This document shows positions 1 to 10,066 of a DNA stretch of 64,000 nt, one piece after another; position 1 is the first letter of the stretch; each line of letters opens with the position of its first letter. A model generated the notes under the pieces. That model did no database searches. It saw nothing but the letters and a program-made list of their open reading frames with translations, and was not told the origin of the DNA. The position numbers and the translations under genes were made by a program. Source of the stretch: Longimicrobiales bacterium (GTDB taxonomy: Bacteria; Gemmatimonadota; Gemmatimonadetes; Longimicrobiales; Gaopeijiaceae); assembly GCA_965219445.1 (NCBI GenBank), contig CBDCNQ010000004.1, positions 640,001-704,000 of the forward strand, in the 5' to 3' direction.

Positions 1-736
1 GACGAATCTCCCCCTTCGCACGGCCCCAACGCACCGGGCGAGGATTGAAATCCGCCTCCCAGTAGGATCGGATACGGGGCTCGAAGCCCTCCTCCAAGAT
101 CAGACAGGAGGCTCTTGGAAGTGCTCGTGTGTTCCGGTAAAACGTCCCGGGAGTCGGCACGTATCCGAAGGCGAGGTAGGACGGAAGCGAAGAGGAATTC
201 AGTCCGGCATCGAGGCCGGGGCACTGCATCAGCCCCTTCAGCTCGGAGGCCCAGGCCACCCGGTCCCCATCGTGGTATACGAAGAGGGGCTTGATCCCCA
301 TTCGATCGCGCCCCAGCAGAAGCCGGCGTGTCTCGTCGTCCCAGATGGCGAAGGAGAACTGACCGCGGAGGTGCTCGACCAAATCCAGGCCCCACTCCTC
401 GTAGGCGTGAACGACGACCTCGCAGTCCCCCGACGAGCGGAACACGTGGCCACGATCCTGAAGCCGACGTCGAAGTGACTGGAAGTTGTAGATCATCCCG
501 TTCACCACGGTCGCGATCGAGCCCGTTTCGTTCAGGATGGGCTGCCCGCCCGTTTCCAGATCGATGACGGCGAGTCGGGTGTGACCAAGGACGCAACGAC
601 CCGAAGGGGCGGCCCAGGACCCCGACGAGTCCGGACCGCGATGACGCATCCGGGCGGCCATGCGCTCAACCTGGGATCGGGCTTCGGGGGCCAGCGGGTT
701 CTGGCCTCGAGAGACGATTCCGGCGATGCCGCACAT
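1..736 (-). CDS. asnB: Asparagine synthase (glutamine-hydrolysing)-type amidotransferase, 3' end outside the window; probably polysaccharide-associated
   Basis: Hand translation (absent from ORF track): MCGIAGIV...RHRGPD...LGHTRLAVID...GGQP...NGMIYNF...RGQFSFAIWD...RDRMGIKPLF...ASELKGL. This is the class-II glutamine amidotransferase N-terminus with catalytic Cys2. Confidence 0.9.
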   Translation of the reverse strand, partial: MCGIAGIVSRGQNPLAPEARSQVERMAARMRHRGPDSSGSWAAPSGRCVLGHTRLAVIDLETGGQPILNETGSIATVVNGMIYNFQSLRRRLQDRGHVFRSSGDCEVVVHAYEEWGLDLVEHLRGQFSFAIWDDETRRLLLGRDRMGIKPLFVYHDGDRVAWASELKGLMQCPGLDAGLNSSSLPSYLAFGYVPTPGTFYRNTRALPRASCLILEEGFEPRIRSYWEADFNPRPVRWGRAKGEIR

Positions 737-861
737 CTTCAGGCCACCGCCCGTAGGGTTCCCACGCACTCCTCCACTATACCTCCTGGGTGAACTCTGC
801 CATTAGAAAGGTCATGTCATTCATGGTCGTGGGCGACCCGCTGTACTTCTTCAAAGCCTTC

Positions 862-2199
862 CTAGGTTCGGTAACGCAACCGAGTCCTCGTCCGCCACAC
901 CCGCGTCTGGCTGATGACCCGGTCCTTGAACCAGGAGAGGCCGACGCCCGAAAAGGTGAAGAAGAGAGGCATGATCTGGGCCCGATGTCGATACGCCGTC
1001 CCGAAGTTGCCCTCCACCAAGGCATAGCTCGACACGACCACGAGAAGAACGGACACCGGAAAGAGCGCCGTGGTCACGCGACTTCGGAGTGAGATTCGGA
1101 ACCCGAGAATCGACAGCAGGAAAAGAGGATACCAGAGGAGCGATTCCCCCGCGGCGGTCGCCTGTAGCGTGGTTTCGATCTCCCAGGGGAAGGGCGCGAA
1201 GAGTAGGTAGGTGCTCCCGACCGGTATGTAGCGGAGGGCGGCCCCGATGGTTCGGGTCTCCACTCCGACGCCGAACGCGGAGGTAGCGTCCTGCTGTAGC
1301 CCAGTCCGCAGAGCCTGCGCCGTCTCGAGGAGCCCCTCGGGGCGTACGGTCGAAAACAGGCCGATCTGGTCTGCGAAATAGGTCAGGGCCACCGCCGCCG
1401 CCGTACCGAACAACATCGTAGGGAACATGCGCTCCGGACGGAGGGCGGTCACACTTCCGATCACGAGCCCCATGACGACGAGGAAGGCCATATAGTCCCG
1501 GAGTAGAGCCAGGCCGAGTAACGCCACGGAAAAAAACCAGAGGTACGAGGGCCGGAAGCTTTTCGCCAGGCGCATACCGTACAGGACGAGCACCACCGTG
1601 CAGAGGGTGGCTAACGAATCTCGAATGTTCAGAACCGACCAGAGCATCAGGGACGGAAAGGTCCCGCTGAGTACCGCCGCCACCTTGGCGGACGCGAGAG
1701 GCAAGAATTCCCTGGTCACATAGAACGTGATGAGCGCCGTCCACACTCCCGCAAACATGTTGAGCACGACCAGTGCGAGCCGGGAATCGCCAAACAAGGA
1801 GAAGAACAGGGCGTTGAGGTGGTAGTATCCAGGGCGCCACCCGTCGCGGATCGGGGTCGGGACAACGACACCACCGGCCCAGTAGTTGCTGATCTCCTGC
1901 CCGATTCTCTCATAGGCCGCGGCATCCGGCGCGAAGAAGTATGGCGAATACCTGAACTGAACGACCAAGACCAACAGCAACCGAAGTGCCAGGGTGGCCA
2001 GCGCCAGCCGAATCAGCCACTTCCGGATATCGAGGTCGCGCTCTCGCGCGAGTCCCGCCAGAGTGAGCGCCAGCAGAAGGATCAACTCGATGGAGAACGG
2101 GAGAGCAACACCAGGGCGCTCAATGACAGAGAGGCCGAGCAGTGCCGAAGCGACCACTGCAAAGAGCACAAGGGTTACGCCGCTGATCGAGCGATTCAC
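862..2199 (-). CDS. Polytopic membrane protein, GT-C/polysaccharide polymerase-like
   Basis: About 11 hydrophobic segments; motifs PDAAAY, PSLMLWSVLNIRD, FAPFPWE, GNFGTAYRHRAQ. GTG at 2199 overlaps the upstream TGA. Confidence 0.65.
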   Translation of the reverse strand: MNRSISGVTLVLFAVVASALLGLSVIERPGVALPFSIELILLLALTLAGLARERDLDIRKWLIRLALATLALRLLLVLVVQFRYSPYFFAPDAAAYERIGQEISNYWAGGVVVPTPIRDGWRPGYYHLNALFFSLFGDSRLALVVLNMFAGVWTALITFYVTREFLPLASAKVAAVLSGTFPSLMLWSVLNIRDSLATLCTVVLVLYGMRLAKSFRPSYLWFFSVALLGLALLRDYMAFLVVMGLVIGSVTALRPERMFPTMLFGTAAAVALTYFADQIGLFSTVRPEGLLETAQALRTGLQQDATSAFGVGVETRTIGAALRYIPVGSTYLLFAPFPWEIETTLQATAAGESLLWYPLFLLSILGFRISLRSRVTTALFPVSVLLVVVSSYALVEGNFGTAYRHRAQIMPLFFTFSGVGLSWFKDRVISQTRVWRTRTRLRYRT

Positions 2200-3560
2200 T
2201 CGTGGGATCCCTCTTCTTTCCACCACTGCCCTTGGGCCCACTGCGGGACGCCGGCTAAGCCGACGAGGCCCAGCAACGCCCATAGGTGCCGGAATTCCTC
2301 GTTGGCGATCGCGATCCCGTGGACTCCAGCCGCCAACAGGGCCACCACCAGCACCGCATGCCTACGCGTGGTCCCCTCCCGAACCAGCGTCCGCATAAGC
2401 ACGGCGAGGGCCCCGGCGAACAGGGCCGCCCCGACCAATCCGAACTGGCCGAGGATGCTCAAGTAGACATTGTGCGCATCCCAGACGGCCGCGGCACTCG
2501 TCGAACCGAGCGGGTCGGCCGCTACCGCCAGGATTGGGTTGGCGCCTACACCGCCGATCGGCGCCTCCTTGAACGCCTCCAGAGCTGAGAGCTAAATAGT
2601 GGGCCTGATGCCGCTCCCCGTGATCGACAGCCCCGCGACCTCAACACTCATCGGGATGAGGAGGCCCGCCAGTGTCATCGTGAAGAGGATGACGCCCGCG
2701 ACCACGAAAATGACCGGCACCGGCCGTTGCGACTGGACCAATAGGCGCCCATCCCGCTGGCGCATGTTGAGGAGACCCATGGCAGTCAGTAGTACGCCGG
2801 CGCCGAGCCAGGCAGAGGAGACCGTCATGACCAGGGTCCCAGCCACAAGCCATACGGTGGCAATGGCACCCCACCCCCAACGCTCCCGTAGCGTCTCCCA
2901 TCTCGCCCAAAGGATGGCACCGGACACCACCAAGAAATCTCCGAACATGTTCGGGTGAGGGAACGGTCCCGAAACGCGCGGCACCGGAAGGCCACGTACG
3001 GACCCTCCGTCATAAAGCAAGCGCGTCTGGAGCCCATCGGAACCCAAAAGGACACCGACCCAAGTCACGACCAGGCAAATCAGGGTCCCCAGGAGCCACG
3101 CATCGGCGGCTTTACCCCACGCGGCGCCACACCACACGATGGCCAGGGCGCCCATGCCCAACGCCGCGAAAGCCAAGCCCTTGGTGACCGCATAGGTCGG
3201 GTTGAAGCCCCAAAGCGCGCCGAGCGCCACCCACGCGCTGAAGGCCATCATGAAGAGCGCCGCGATATGAAAGGCGCGGCGCCCTGGAAGCATCGGAAAT
3301 CTCTCTCCCCCGGTGAAGTAAGGGCCACTCGCTCGGCCGAGATCGAGAATCCCCGCGAGCAGGACCAAAGCGAGGAATACGTCACTCCCCCTGGCCAACG
3401 TGCCGTTGACGGGCATAGCGAAGAGGTGGCCTACTGGCAAAACGACCAAATAGGTGAGGACGGCGAATCGGAGAATCACCGGGTCCAGAATCGCTGTTGG
3501 CGTCAGACCCTCGGTCCTGCCCTCCGCCCCCGCAACCCGAGACGAGCCCAGGTCACCCAT
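2196..3560 (-). pseudogene. O-antigen ligase/Wzy_C family membrane protein interrupted by an in-frame TAG
   Basis: ORF 2592..3560 (RVSGPFPHPN motif) reads in frame through TAG 2592-2594 as GIRPTI*LSALEAFKEAPIGGVG...DAHNVYLSILGQFG, joining ORF 2196..2462. Confidence 0.75.
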
Positions 3561-4362
3561 GTGCCTCCTCTTCGAAGTGACTCGAGATCGCCTTTACCAA
3601 CCCCGGAATCGTGAATGGATTCGCCTCCACCGCAACCCGATACCCCAATTCGCGGGCTGCGCCGGCCGTCACCGGCCCGAGCACGGCCGCGTTCGCGACC
3701 ACTCCACCACCCACCAAACGATGGAAGCTCCGCACAGTGGACGGAGAGGTGAACGTCACAAGATCCACGCCCTTTTCGAGCCTTTCCAATAGGCCCGGGC
3801 CGGCCGCTTCGACGGCGACTGTCCGATACGCTATCACGTCATCGACTTCGGCACCCAGTTCCCGCAAGCCGGCTCGTAGGACGAGCCTGGCCCCGGCCAC
3901 CGTAGGGATCAAGATTCGTTGGCCACGTAGCGGCGTCCGTGCCGAAAGCACCTCGACGACCGCTTCGGCCCTGTGGGTTTCAGGGACGACCTCAACGGTC
4001 AGGTCCAGAGCCTCGATTGCACTCGCCGTGGCCGGCCCTACGCAGCACACACGTGTCGCCGCGAGCGCGTCTTTCACTTCAACCCCGATGTCCTCCGCCG
4101 CCTTTCTGAAGAAGTCGACACCGTTCGCCGACGTAAAGATCACCCATTCGTAGCCTTGGGCGTTCTGCACTGCGCGCCGCAGTTCGTCCTGATCCAGAGC
4201 GGGCTCGACTCTGATGGTCGGAAGACGAACCACCGTCGCGCCCAGGGCCTCCAGGGCCGCGACCAACCCATCAGCCTGCGACGCCGCCCTGGTAACGACC
4301 AGGGTTCGACCGATCAGGGGATGAGACCTGACGGTCGGGTCTGCGGATCCGGTGGCGTTCAT
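3553..4362 (-). CDS. hemD: Uroporphyrinogen-III synthase
   Basis: VVTRAASQ, WVIFTSANGV, VGPATA, AYRTV, VTFTSPSTV motifs; start placed at ATG 4362. Confidence 0.9.
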   Translation of the reverse strand: MNATGSADPTVRSHPLIGRTLVVTRAASQADGLVAALEALGATVVRLPTIRVEPALDQDELRRAVQNAQGYEWVIFTSANGVDFFRKAAEDIGVEVKDALAATRVCCVGPATASAIEALDLTVEVVPETHRAEAVVEVLSARTPLRGQRILIPTVAGARLVLRAGLRELGAEVDDVIAYRTVAVEAAGPGLLERLEKGVDLVTFTSPSTVRSFHRLVGGGVVANAAVLGPVTAGAARELGYRVAVEANPFTIPGLVKAISSHFEEEAHG

Positions 4363-4487
4363 CCGCCCAATATACACGCCCGGTCGGTCACAGGTCGAAC
4401 CGAATAAGAGGCTGGTCCCGAAGAAAATAATGCTCCTCAGAGCCTGAGGCCCCAGGAGCACCACGTACCAGAGATCGCCGGTGGGCT

Positions 4488-4703
4488 TTACACCTCGGCC
4501 ACGCTCACCGGTGGGGCCTTTTCGATTTTCCCACCCTTGATGCATGTCGTGCATACACGCACACGACGCCGATCCCCCTCGGAGGTAATGATCTTGACCG
4601 TTTGAAGATTCGGCAGCCAGCGGCGCCTGGTCTTGTTGTGGGCGTGACTGACGTTATTTCCGGTCTGCGGTCGCTTACCGCACACATAACATACTCGGGC
4701 CAT
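4488..4703 (-). CDS. rpmB: 50S ribosomal protein L28 (Cys-containing form)
   Basis: [34 protein letters not shown]. Confidence 0.97.
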   Translation of the reverse strand: MARVCYVCGKRPQTGNNVSHAHNKTRRRWLPNLQTVKIITSEGDRRRVRVCTTCIKGGKIEKAPPVSVAEV

Positions 4704-4739
4704 GTCTCTTCTCCACGGATTCCGCCAGTTCTGTTCGGG

Positions 4740-5303
4740 CTAGGGCTGGCCCGTGACGGTCACTTCGTCGATCTCGAAGAACGACTCGGCGAAAACGGCG
4801 AGAGCCCTATCGGCCTCTGCAAGGCCACCGGTATAGATCCACGCATCGGCCACACTATCCGACATGGCATGCACCCTTCCGGTCACCGACACTGTCGCAC
4901 CGTTCTCAACCTCCACCCCTTCGGCAATCGCCTCGGGAAGCATCTTTGCAAGGTATGGGGCGCTCTGATTGGGAATCTCGACAAAAAATGCCTGCGTTCC
5001 TACGAGGCTCTGCACGGGTAGCCCGTGCAGTGTGATGAGCATGTCCGCCTGTGCCATGGGATCAGCACCGAAGACGTCGGTGGCCACCACCGTCGGTGCA
5101 TCCTCCTCGATGCCCGAGCCCCCTTCGACAACCTCGACCTCCACCGGCACGGCGCGTACGAACAACCAAGCCATTAAACCCGCCACCGACAAGAACGCCC
5201 CAGCCATCAAATACACGGATAAGGCGCCAGCCTCACCTCTTCGGGACCCGAACGAAAACATGACTAATCGTGCTCCTCGTTTTGATCTGCCCTCGATGTT
5301 CAA
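4740..5303 (-). CDS. Hypothetical membrane-anchored protein
   Basis: One N-terminal TM helix followed by an acidic beta-rich domain; co-oriented between rplQ and rpmB; start uncertain. Confidence 0.6.
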   Translation of the reverse strand: MNIEGRSKRGARLVMFSFGSRRGEAGALSVYLMAGAFLSVAGLMAWLFVRAVPVEVEVVEGGSGIEEDAPTVVATDVFGADPMAQADMLITLHGLPVQSLVGTQAFFVEIPNQSAPYLAKMLPEAIAEGVEVENGATVSVTGRVHAMSDSVADAWIYTGGLAEADRALAVFAESFFEIDEVTVTGQP

Positions 5304-5315
5304 GACGCCGCCAGT

Positions 5316-5669
5316 CTAATCGACCAACTCGATCAGCGCCATCTCAGCGGCGTCGCCTCGCCGATTTCCCAGCTTCAGAATGCGTGTATAGCCTCCGGGC
5401 CGTTCCGTAAAACGGGGCCCGATATCATCGAATAGTTTGCCGAGGACCTGGCGATCCGCGATCCAGCGACCCGCGAGCCGGCGGGCGTGGAGATCCCCGC
5501 GTTTGCCAAGCGTGATCAAGCGCTCGGCGAACGGACGCAGTTCTTTCGCTTTCGCCGTCGTCGTCTCGATCCGCTCGTGGCGAAAGAGGGACGTCGCCAT
5601 ATTCCGCATCGTCGCCTTCTTGTGGCTTGCCGTCCGGGAAAGGGTCCGGCCCTTGTTGCGGTGCCTCAT
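5316..5669 (-). CDS. rplQ: 50S ribosomal protein L17
   Basis: [12 protein letters not shown]...[12 protein letters not shown]. Confidence 0.98.
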   Translation of the reverse strand: MRHRNKGRTLSRTASHKKATMRNMATSLFRHERIETTTAKAKELRPFAERLITLGKRGDLHARRLAGRWIADRQVLGKLFDDIGPRFTERPGGYTRILKLGNRRGDAAEMALIELVD

Positions 5670-5678
5670 GCTCGAATG

Positions 5679-6737
5679 CTACTCCTCGGTCGTCTCTGCG
5701 GCTTCCACCGCGTCTTCTTCGACCATGAACAGTTGGCCGTCGTCACCAGACTTGAGGCTCATTCCGAACTTCAGCTCATGCTCGTCGAGGAAAGCTGTGA
5801 TCTCCGTGAGTGATTTCTTGCCGAAGTTCTCGATCCCGAGCATCTCGTCTTCCGTGCGCTGAACGAGATCGCCCAATGTCTGGATGTTCTCCTTTTGAAG
5901 CGAGTTCCGGGATCGGACGCTCAACTCTGCTAGATCCTCGATAGGACGATCGAACAGATCGCGCAGCCGCTCCGGCACTTCAACCGCGCCCGGAACGGTC
6001 ACCTGCGGCACCCCACCCTCTCCGAAATACAGCATGAACTCGAAATGCTTACGAACCAACGCGGCCGCATACTTGACCGCCGATTCCGCGTCCAGCGACC
6101 CGTCCGTCTCGACCACAAGCGTGAGCCGATCGAAGTCGGTACGCTGCCCGACCCGGGTTTCCTCAACCGAAAAGTTGGCACGACGGACGGGATTGAAGAT
6201 GGCGTCAATCCGCACCAAGTCCACCGTGGCTCCTCGCGGCAACTCGTGCTGATCGGCCAGTACGAAACCCCGTCCCTTCTGGACATATAACTCGATGTTG
6301 ACCTTGCGCTTGTCGTGGACCGTCATCACGTGATGATCCGGTTCGTGAATCGTCACGCCACTCACAGGCCCAATATCGGCAGCAGTGATTGGCCCCGAGC
6401 GATTCACCTGGATCGCGAGCGTCGCCTCGGACACATCGTCGTCCAAGCTGACGACAAGAGACTTGAGGTTTTGAATGATCTGATGAACGTCCTCGACCAC
6501 CCCTTGGATGGTCTGGTGCTCATGCACGACACCATCGATTCGGAACGCCCAAACCGCGGCCCCGCGAAGCGATGAGAGCAGGACTCGCCTCACCGAGTTT
6601 CCGAGCGTATGGCCAAAGCCACGCTCGAGAGGTTCAATCACAAATTCCGCCCGGCTCCCATCCTGCGAGGCCTGGGAGACCTCGATACGCTCGGGCAATA
6701 CCAAACCTGTCAAATCGATCTGCACGGGGGTCTCCAT
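5679..6737 (-). CDS. rpoA: RNA polymerase alpha subunit
   Basis: EPLERGFGHTLGNSVRRVLLSS; CTD LSVRSRN...NFGKKSL. Confidence 0.98.
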   Translation of the reverse strand: METPVQIDLTGLVLPERIEVSQASQDGSRAEFVIEPLERGFGHTLGNSVRRVLLSSLRGAAVWAFRIDGVVHEHQTIQGVVEDVHQIIQNLKSLVVSLDDDVSEATLAIQVNRSGPITAADIGPVSGVTIHEPDHHVMTVHDKRKVNIELYVQKGRGFVLADQHELPRGATVDLVRIDAIFNPVRRANFSVEETRVGQRTDFDRLTLVVETDGSLDAESAVKYAAALVRKHFEFMLYFGEGGVPQVTVPGAVEVPERLRDLFDRPIEDLAELSVRSRNSLQKENIQTLGDLVQRTEDEMLGIENFGKKSLTEITAFLDEHELKFGMSLKSGDDGQLFMVEEDAVEAAETTEE

Positions 6738-7372
6738 TACTTCGAGTAGAGCTCCACGATGAGCTGTTCTTGAACGGCCAGCGGGATATCCTGACGTGTA
6801 GGCTGGCGAGTCATCCGCCCGACACGATTCTTCTCATCCAGGGCGAGCCACTCCACCAAGGACAGGCGAGTTCTGGCCTCCAGGCTCCCCTGCACAGCGG
6901 CCAGGTCCTTGGACTTGGCCTTTATGGCCACCTCGTCCCCGGGACCCACCTGGTAGGACGGTACATCCACGACACGCCCGTTGACCTCCACGTGACGGTG
7001 CCGCACAAGCTGCCGGGCGGCGTTGCGGCTCGGTGCGAAGCCCATTCGGAAAATCACGTTGTCCAACCGTATTTCCAGAGAAATCAGCATGTTCTCGCCA
7101 GTGATTCCATCCCGCGCGGAGGCCCGCTCGAACAGGTTCCGGAACTGCCTTTCATGGAGTCCGTAAATCCTTTTCACCTTCTGCTTCTCGCGAAGCTGGA
7201 CGGCGTAGTCGGATTGTTTGCGCCGGCGCGCGTGCGCGGGACCGTGCTGGCCCGGGGGATAGGCGCGACGTTCGATGCCGCACTTCTCCGTGTAGCACTT
7301 CTGTCCCTTCAAGAAGAGCTTCTGCCCCTCTCGGCGGCAGAGTCGGCAAACTGGTCCCGTGTATCGTGCCAT
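6737..7372 (-). CDS. rpsD: 30S ribosomal protein S4
   Basis: MARYTGPVCRLCRREG...LIVELYSK. Confidence 0.98.
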   Translation of the reverse strand: MARYTGPVCRLCRREGQKLFLKGQKCYTEKCGIERRAYPPGQHGPAHARRRKQSDYAVQLREKQKVKRIYGLHERQFRNLFERASARDGITGENMLISLEIRLDNVIFRMGFAPSRNAARQLVRHRHVEVNGRVVDVPSYQVGPGDEVAIKAKSKDLAAVQGSLEARTRLSLVEWLALDEKNRVGRMTRQPTRQDIPLAVQEQLIVELYSK

Positions 7373-7383
7373 ACTCTTCTCTG

Positions 7384-7773
7384 CTAAACCCGGCGCTTCT
7401 TGGGTGGGCGGCATCCATTGTGAGGAAGCGGCGTTACGTCTTGGATCGATTTGATCTGGATTCCGGCGGCCGCCAGAGCCGAAATGGCCGACTCTCGCCC
7501 CGAGCCCGGTCCCTGAACACGTACATCCACGCGCCTGACACCCAGGGCGAGGGCCTCACGGCCACATTGCTCCGCAGCGACTGTGGCGGCAAAGGGAGTC
7601 GATTTCTTGGAGCCCTTGAAACCGGCCTTTCCGGCGCTACCCCAAACCACCGTATTTCCGGCCTTATCGGTGATGGTGATCAGCGTATTGTTGAAGGTCG
7701 CCTTGATGTGGGCGAGCCCTTCCGCCTCGACGATTTTCTTACTCCGCCTGCGCGGTACTTTCTCATCGGCCAC
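7384..7773 (-). CDS. rpsK: 30S ribosomal protein S11
   Basis: [13 protein letters not shown]...[13 protein letters not shown]. Confidence 0.98.
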   Translation of the reverse strand: MADEKVPRRRSKKIVEAEGLAHIKATFNNTLITITDKAGNTVVWGSAGKAGFKGSKKSTPFAATVAAEQCGREALALGVRRVDVRVQGPGSGRESAISALAAAGIQIKSIQDVTPLPHNGCRPPKKRRV

Positions 7774-7835
7774 TCGGTACCGTCCTCACTTCCTTGTGTT
7801 GAAACTTCCCTTCAGAACCCTGGATTCTCGTCGGC

Positions 7836-8216
7836 CTATTTCTTCGGCGGGGCCTTCTTCCCCGCGATTGCCCGTCGCTGACCTTTGTGGGTCCTGGCAT
7901 TGGTGTGGGTGCGTTGCCCCCGGACCGGAAGGCCGCGTCGATGCCGAAGACCCCGGTAGCAGCCAATGTCCATGAGACGCTTGATGTTCATCGACACTTC
8001 GGTGCGCAGTGCACCCTCGACCTTATAGTTACCTTCGATCTCCTGGCGAAGTTTGTTCACGTCGTCATCGGTGAGATCGAGCGCTCGGCGATCCGGATCC
8101 ACTCCGGTGTTGTCGAGGATCACTCGTGAACGCGACGGACCGATCCCGTATAGGTAGGTCAAAGCCACCTCGATCCGCTTTTCCTTCGGAAGATCCACAC
8201 CCGCGATTCGTGCCAT
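7836..8216 (-). CDS. rpsM: 30S ribosomal protein S13
   Basis: [10 protein letters not shown]...[15 protein letters not shown]. Confidence 0.98.
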   Translation of the reverse strand: MARIAGVDLPKEKRIEVALTYLYGIGPSRSRVILDNTGVDPDRRALDLTDDDVNKLRQEIEGNYKVEGALRTEVSMNIKRLMDIGCYRGLRHRRGLPVRGQRTHTNARTHKGQRRAIAGKKAPPKK

Positions 8217-8329
8217 ACGGACTTCTTCTCAGTTCTCTGGATAAAACCCGCGTCTGCGGGGTCAAAGCTATATACACCAACGAGTTACGCAGACGTCTTT
8301 CGAGGCGCCTCCGGGTCAGTATCGCCAGT

Positions 8330-8446
8330 CTACCCCTGGCGTTGCTTGTGCTTGGGATTGCGACTACAGATAACCCGTACGACTCCCCGCCGACGGACGA
8401 TTTTACAGTGCTCACAAATCGGCTTGACGCTACTACGCACCTTCAT
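8330..8446 (-). CDS. rpmJ: 50S ribosomal protein L36 (Zn-binding form)
   Basis: Hand translation (below ORF cutoff): [38 protein letters not shown]. Confidence 0.97.
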   Translation of the reverse strand: MKVRSSVKPICEHCKIVRRRGVVRVICSRNPKHKQRQG

Positions 8447-8539
8447 TTTCAGCACCCTGACGTACGTTTATTGCATAGCAGGTAATGATAGTGGAACGAT
8501 TCAGCACGCTCAAGTCGGGATGCGGCCAACTCAGGGTTC

Positions 8540-9310
8540 TCATGCCGGAGCCTCCGCTGGCGCGGCAGTGAGAATTCGGGGTCCGGCCGAGGTAACGGCC
8601 ACCGTGTGCTCGAAGTGGGCCGACCGCGTCCCATCCCGTGTGACCACCGTCCAGCGATCGTCGAGGGTCTGAATGTCGGACGTCCCGCAGGACAGCATCG
8701 GCTCGATCGCCAAGACCATGCCCTCCCGAAGCGCAGGTCCCGTACCAGGAACGCCAAAATTCGGCACCTGCGGTGCTTCATGTACTTCGCGCCCCACACC
8801 GTGCCCAACCAGATCCCTGATGATGCTCAGGCCTGTCCCCTTCACCCTCTTCACAACGGCCGCACCGACGTCACCGACGGTGCCCTCGAGAACGGTAGCG
8901 GACACCGCCCGGTCGAGTGCATCCTTCGTCACCTCCATAAGGTGCCGCTCTCTCTCGTCGATCTCACCTACCGGAAAGGTCCAGGCGGAGTCGGAGCACC
9001 AACCGTCCAACTTGACCCCAACGTCGATCGAGATGATGTCCCCTTCCTCCAGGATCCGGTCGCCCTTCGGAATGCCGTGCACGACCTCCTCATTCAATGA
9101 CGTGCAGACACTCCCGGAAAAACCGTACAGGCCCTTGAACGCGGGCACCGCGCCGTCATGGGCACGGATGAACCCATCCGCGAAGCCGTCGAGTTCCAGA
9201 GTGGAGATCCCGGGTTGAATCCGTGGACGAACTTCAACTAGAAAATCGGCGATGATCGCACCGCCCCGTGCAATCGCGTCGACCTCATCCGGAGTCTTCA
9301 GGTGGATCAT
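8540..9310 (-). CDS. map: Methionine aminopeptidase type I
   Basis: CTSLNEEVVHGIP, SIDVG...DSAWT, GHGVG..VHE, AIEPM, SAHFEHT. Confidence 0.97.
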   Translation of the reverse strand: MIHLKTPDEVDAIARGGAIIADFLVEVRPRIQPGISTLELDGFADGFIRAHDGAVPAFKGLYGFSGSVCTSLNEEVVHGIPKGDRILEEGDIISIDVGVKLDGWCSDSAWTFPVGEIDERERHLMEVTKDALDRAVSATVLEGTVGDVGAAVVKRVKGTGLSIIRDLVGHGVGREVHEAPQVPNFGVPGTGPALREGMVLAIEPMLSCGTSDIQTLDDRWTVVTRDGTRSAHFEHTVAVTSAGPRILTAAPAEAPA

Positions 9311-9963
9311 GGGAGCACCAATCCCAAAGCGCTGCTGACCTCAGCCTGGACCTCCTCCACCCCCTTGTCGCTCTGGACGTAGTGCACTGTGGCTTTGCTG
9401 CCCTCATAATAGGCAATCAGCGGCTCCGTCTCTCTATGGTAGACATCCAGTCGATTCTGAACCGTGGCGGCCGTGTCGTCAGCACGGTGAACGAGTGGAA
9501 CCCCGTCGTTGTCGCACACGCCCTCCGTCTGCGGCGGAGCGAGGACCGTATTGTAGACAGATCCACACGATGGGCAGGAGCGTCGACCGGAGATCCTCAT
9601 GATCAGCACTTCGTCGCTCGCCTCGAGAACGACGACCTGATCGATGGCCAGTCCAAGAGCCTGCAGCATCATACTGAATGCCGAGGCCTGCGCTTCGGTC
9701 CGGGGAAAGCCGTCGAATAGAACGCCTGTTGCGGCGGGAAGGGCGGTCAACTTCTCCTTCACCATCTCGATGATGAGGTGATCGGGCACAAGCTCACCAG
9801 CGGACATGTAGCGTTGCGCCTCAAGTCCCAGTCCGGTGCGTGCGTCCGTCGCCGATCGCAGAAGATCACCCGTAACCACCCTCTGCCATCCCATCGCATC
9901 CGCGAGCAGTACACCTTGGGTGCCCTTGCCAACTCCCGGAGGGCCCAACAGGATGACGTACAT
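9307..9963 (-). CDS. adk: Adenylate kinase with Zn-type LID
   Basis: ILLGPPGVGKGTQ P-loop, DGFPRT, RRSCPSCG...CDND. Confidence 0.97.
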   Translation of the reverse strand: MYVILLGPPGVGKGTQGVLLADAMGWQRVVTGDLLRSATDARTGLGLEAQRYMSAGELVPDHLIIEMVKEKLTALPAATGVLFDGFPRTEAQASAFSMMLQALGLAIDQVVVLEASDEVLIMRISGRRSCPSCGSVYNTVLAPPQTEGVCDNDGVPLVHRADDTAATVQNRLDVYHRETEPLIAYYEGSKATVHYVQSDKGVEEVQAEVSSALGLVLP

Positions 9964-10066
9964 TCCGGATTCCCCTCTTAAAAGGCTGTCGTCGTTCGTT
10001 GTCTGAACGCGCACAAGCGCCGTGTGCGCGACCCGTTGTACTTCTTCAACAGCCTTCTGGGCCCGA

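Noticed and set aside
1..736. asnB as the lasso cyclase for the RRE/kinase/NTase cassette
   Set aside because: It keeps the MCG glutaminase N-terminus, sits in a polysaccharide context about 26 kb away, and no lasso precursor or B2 peptidase was seen.
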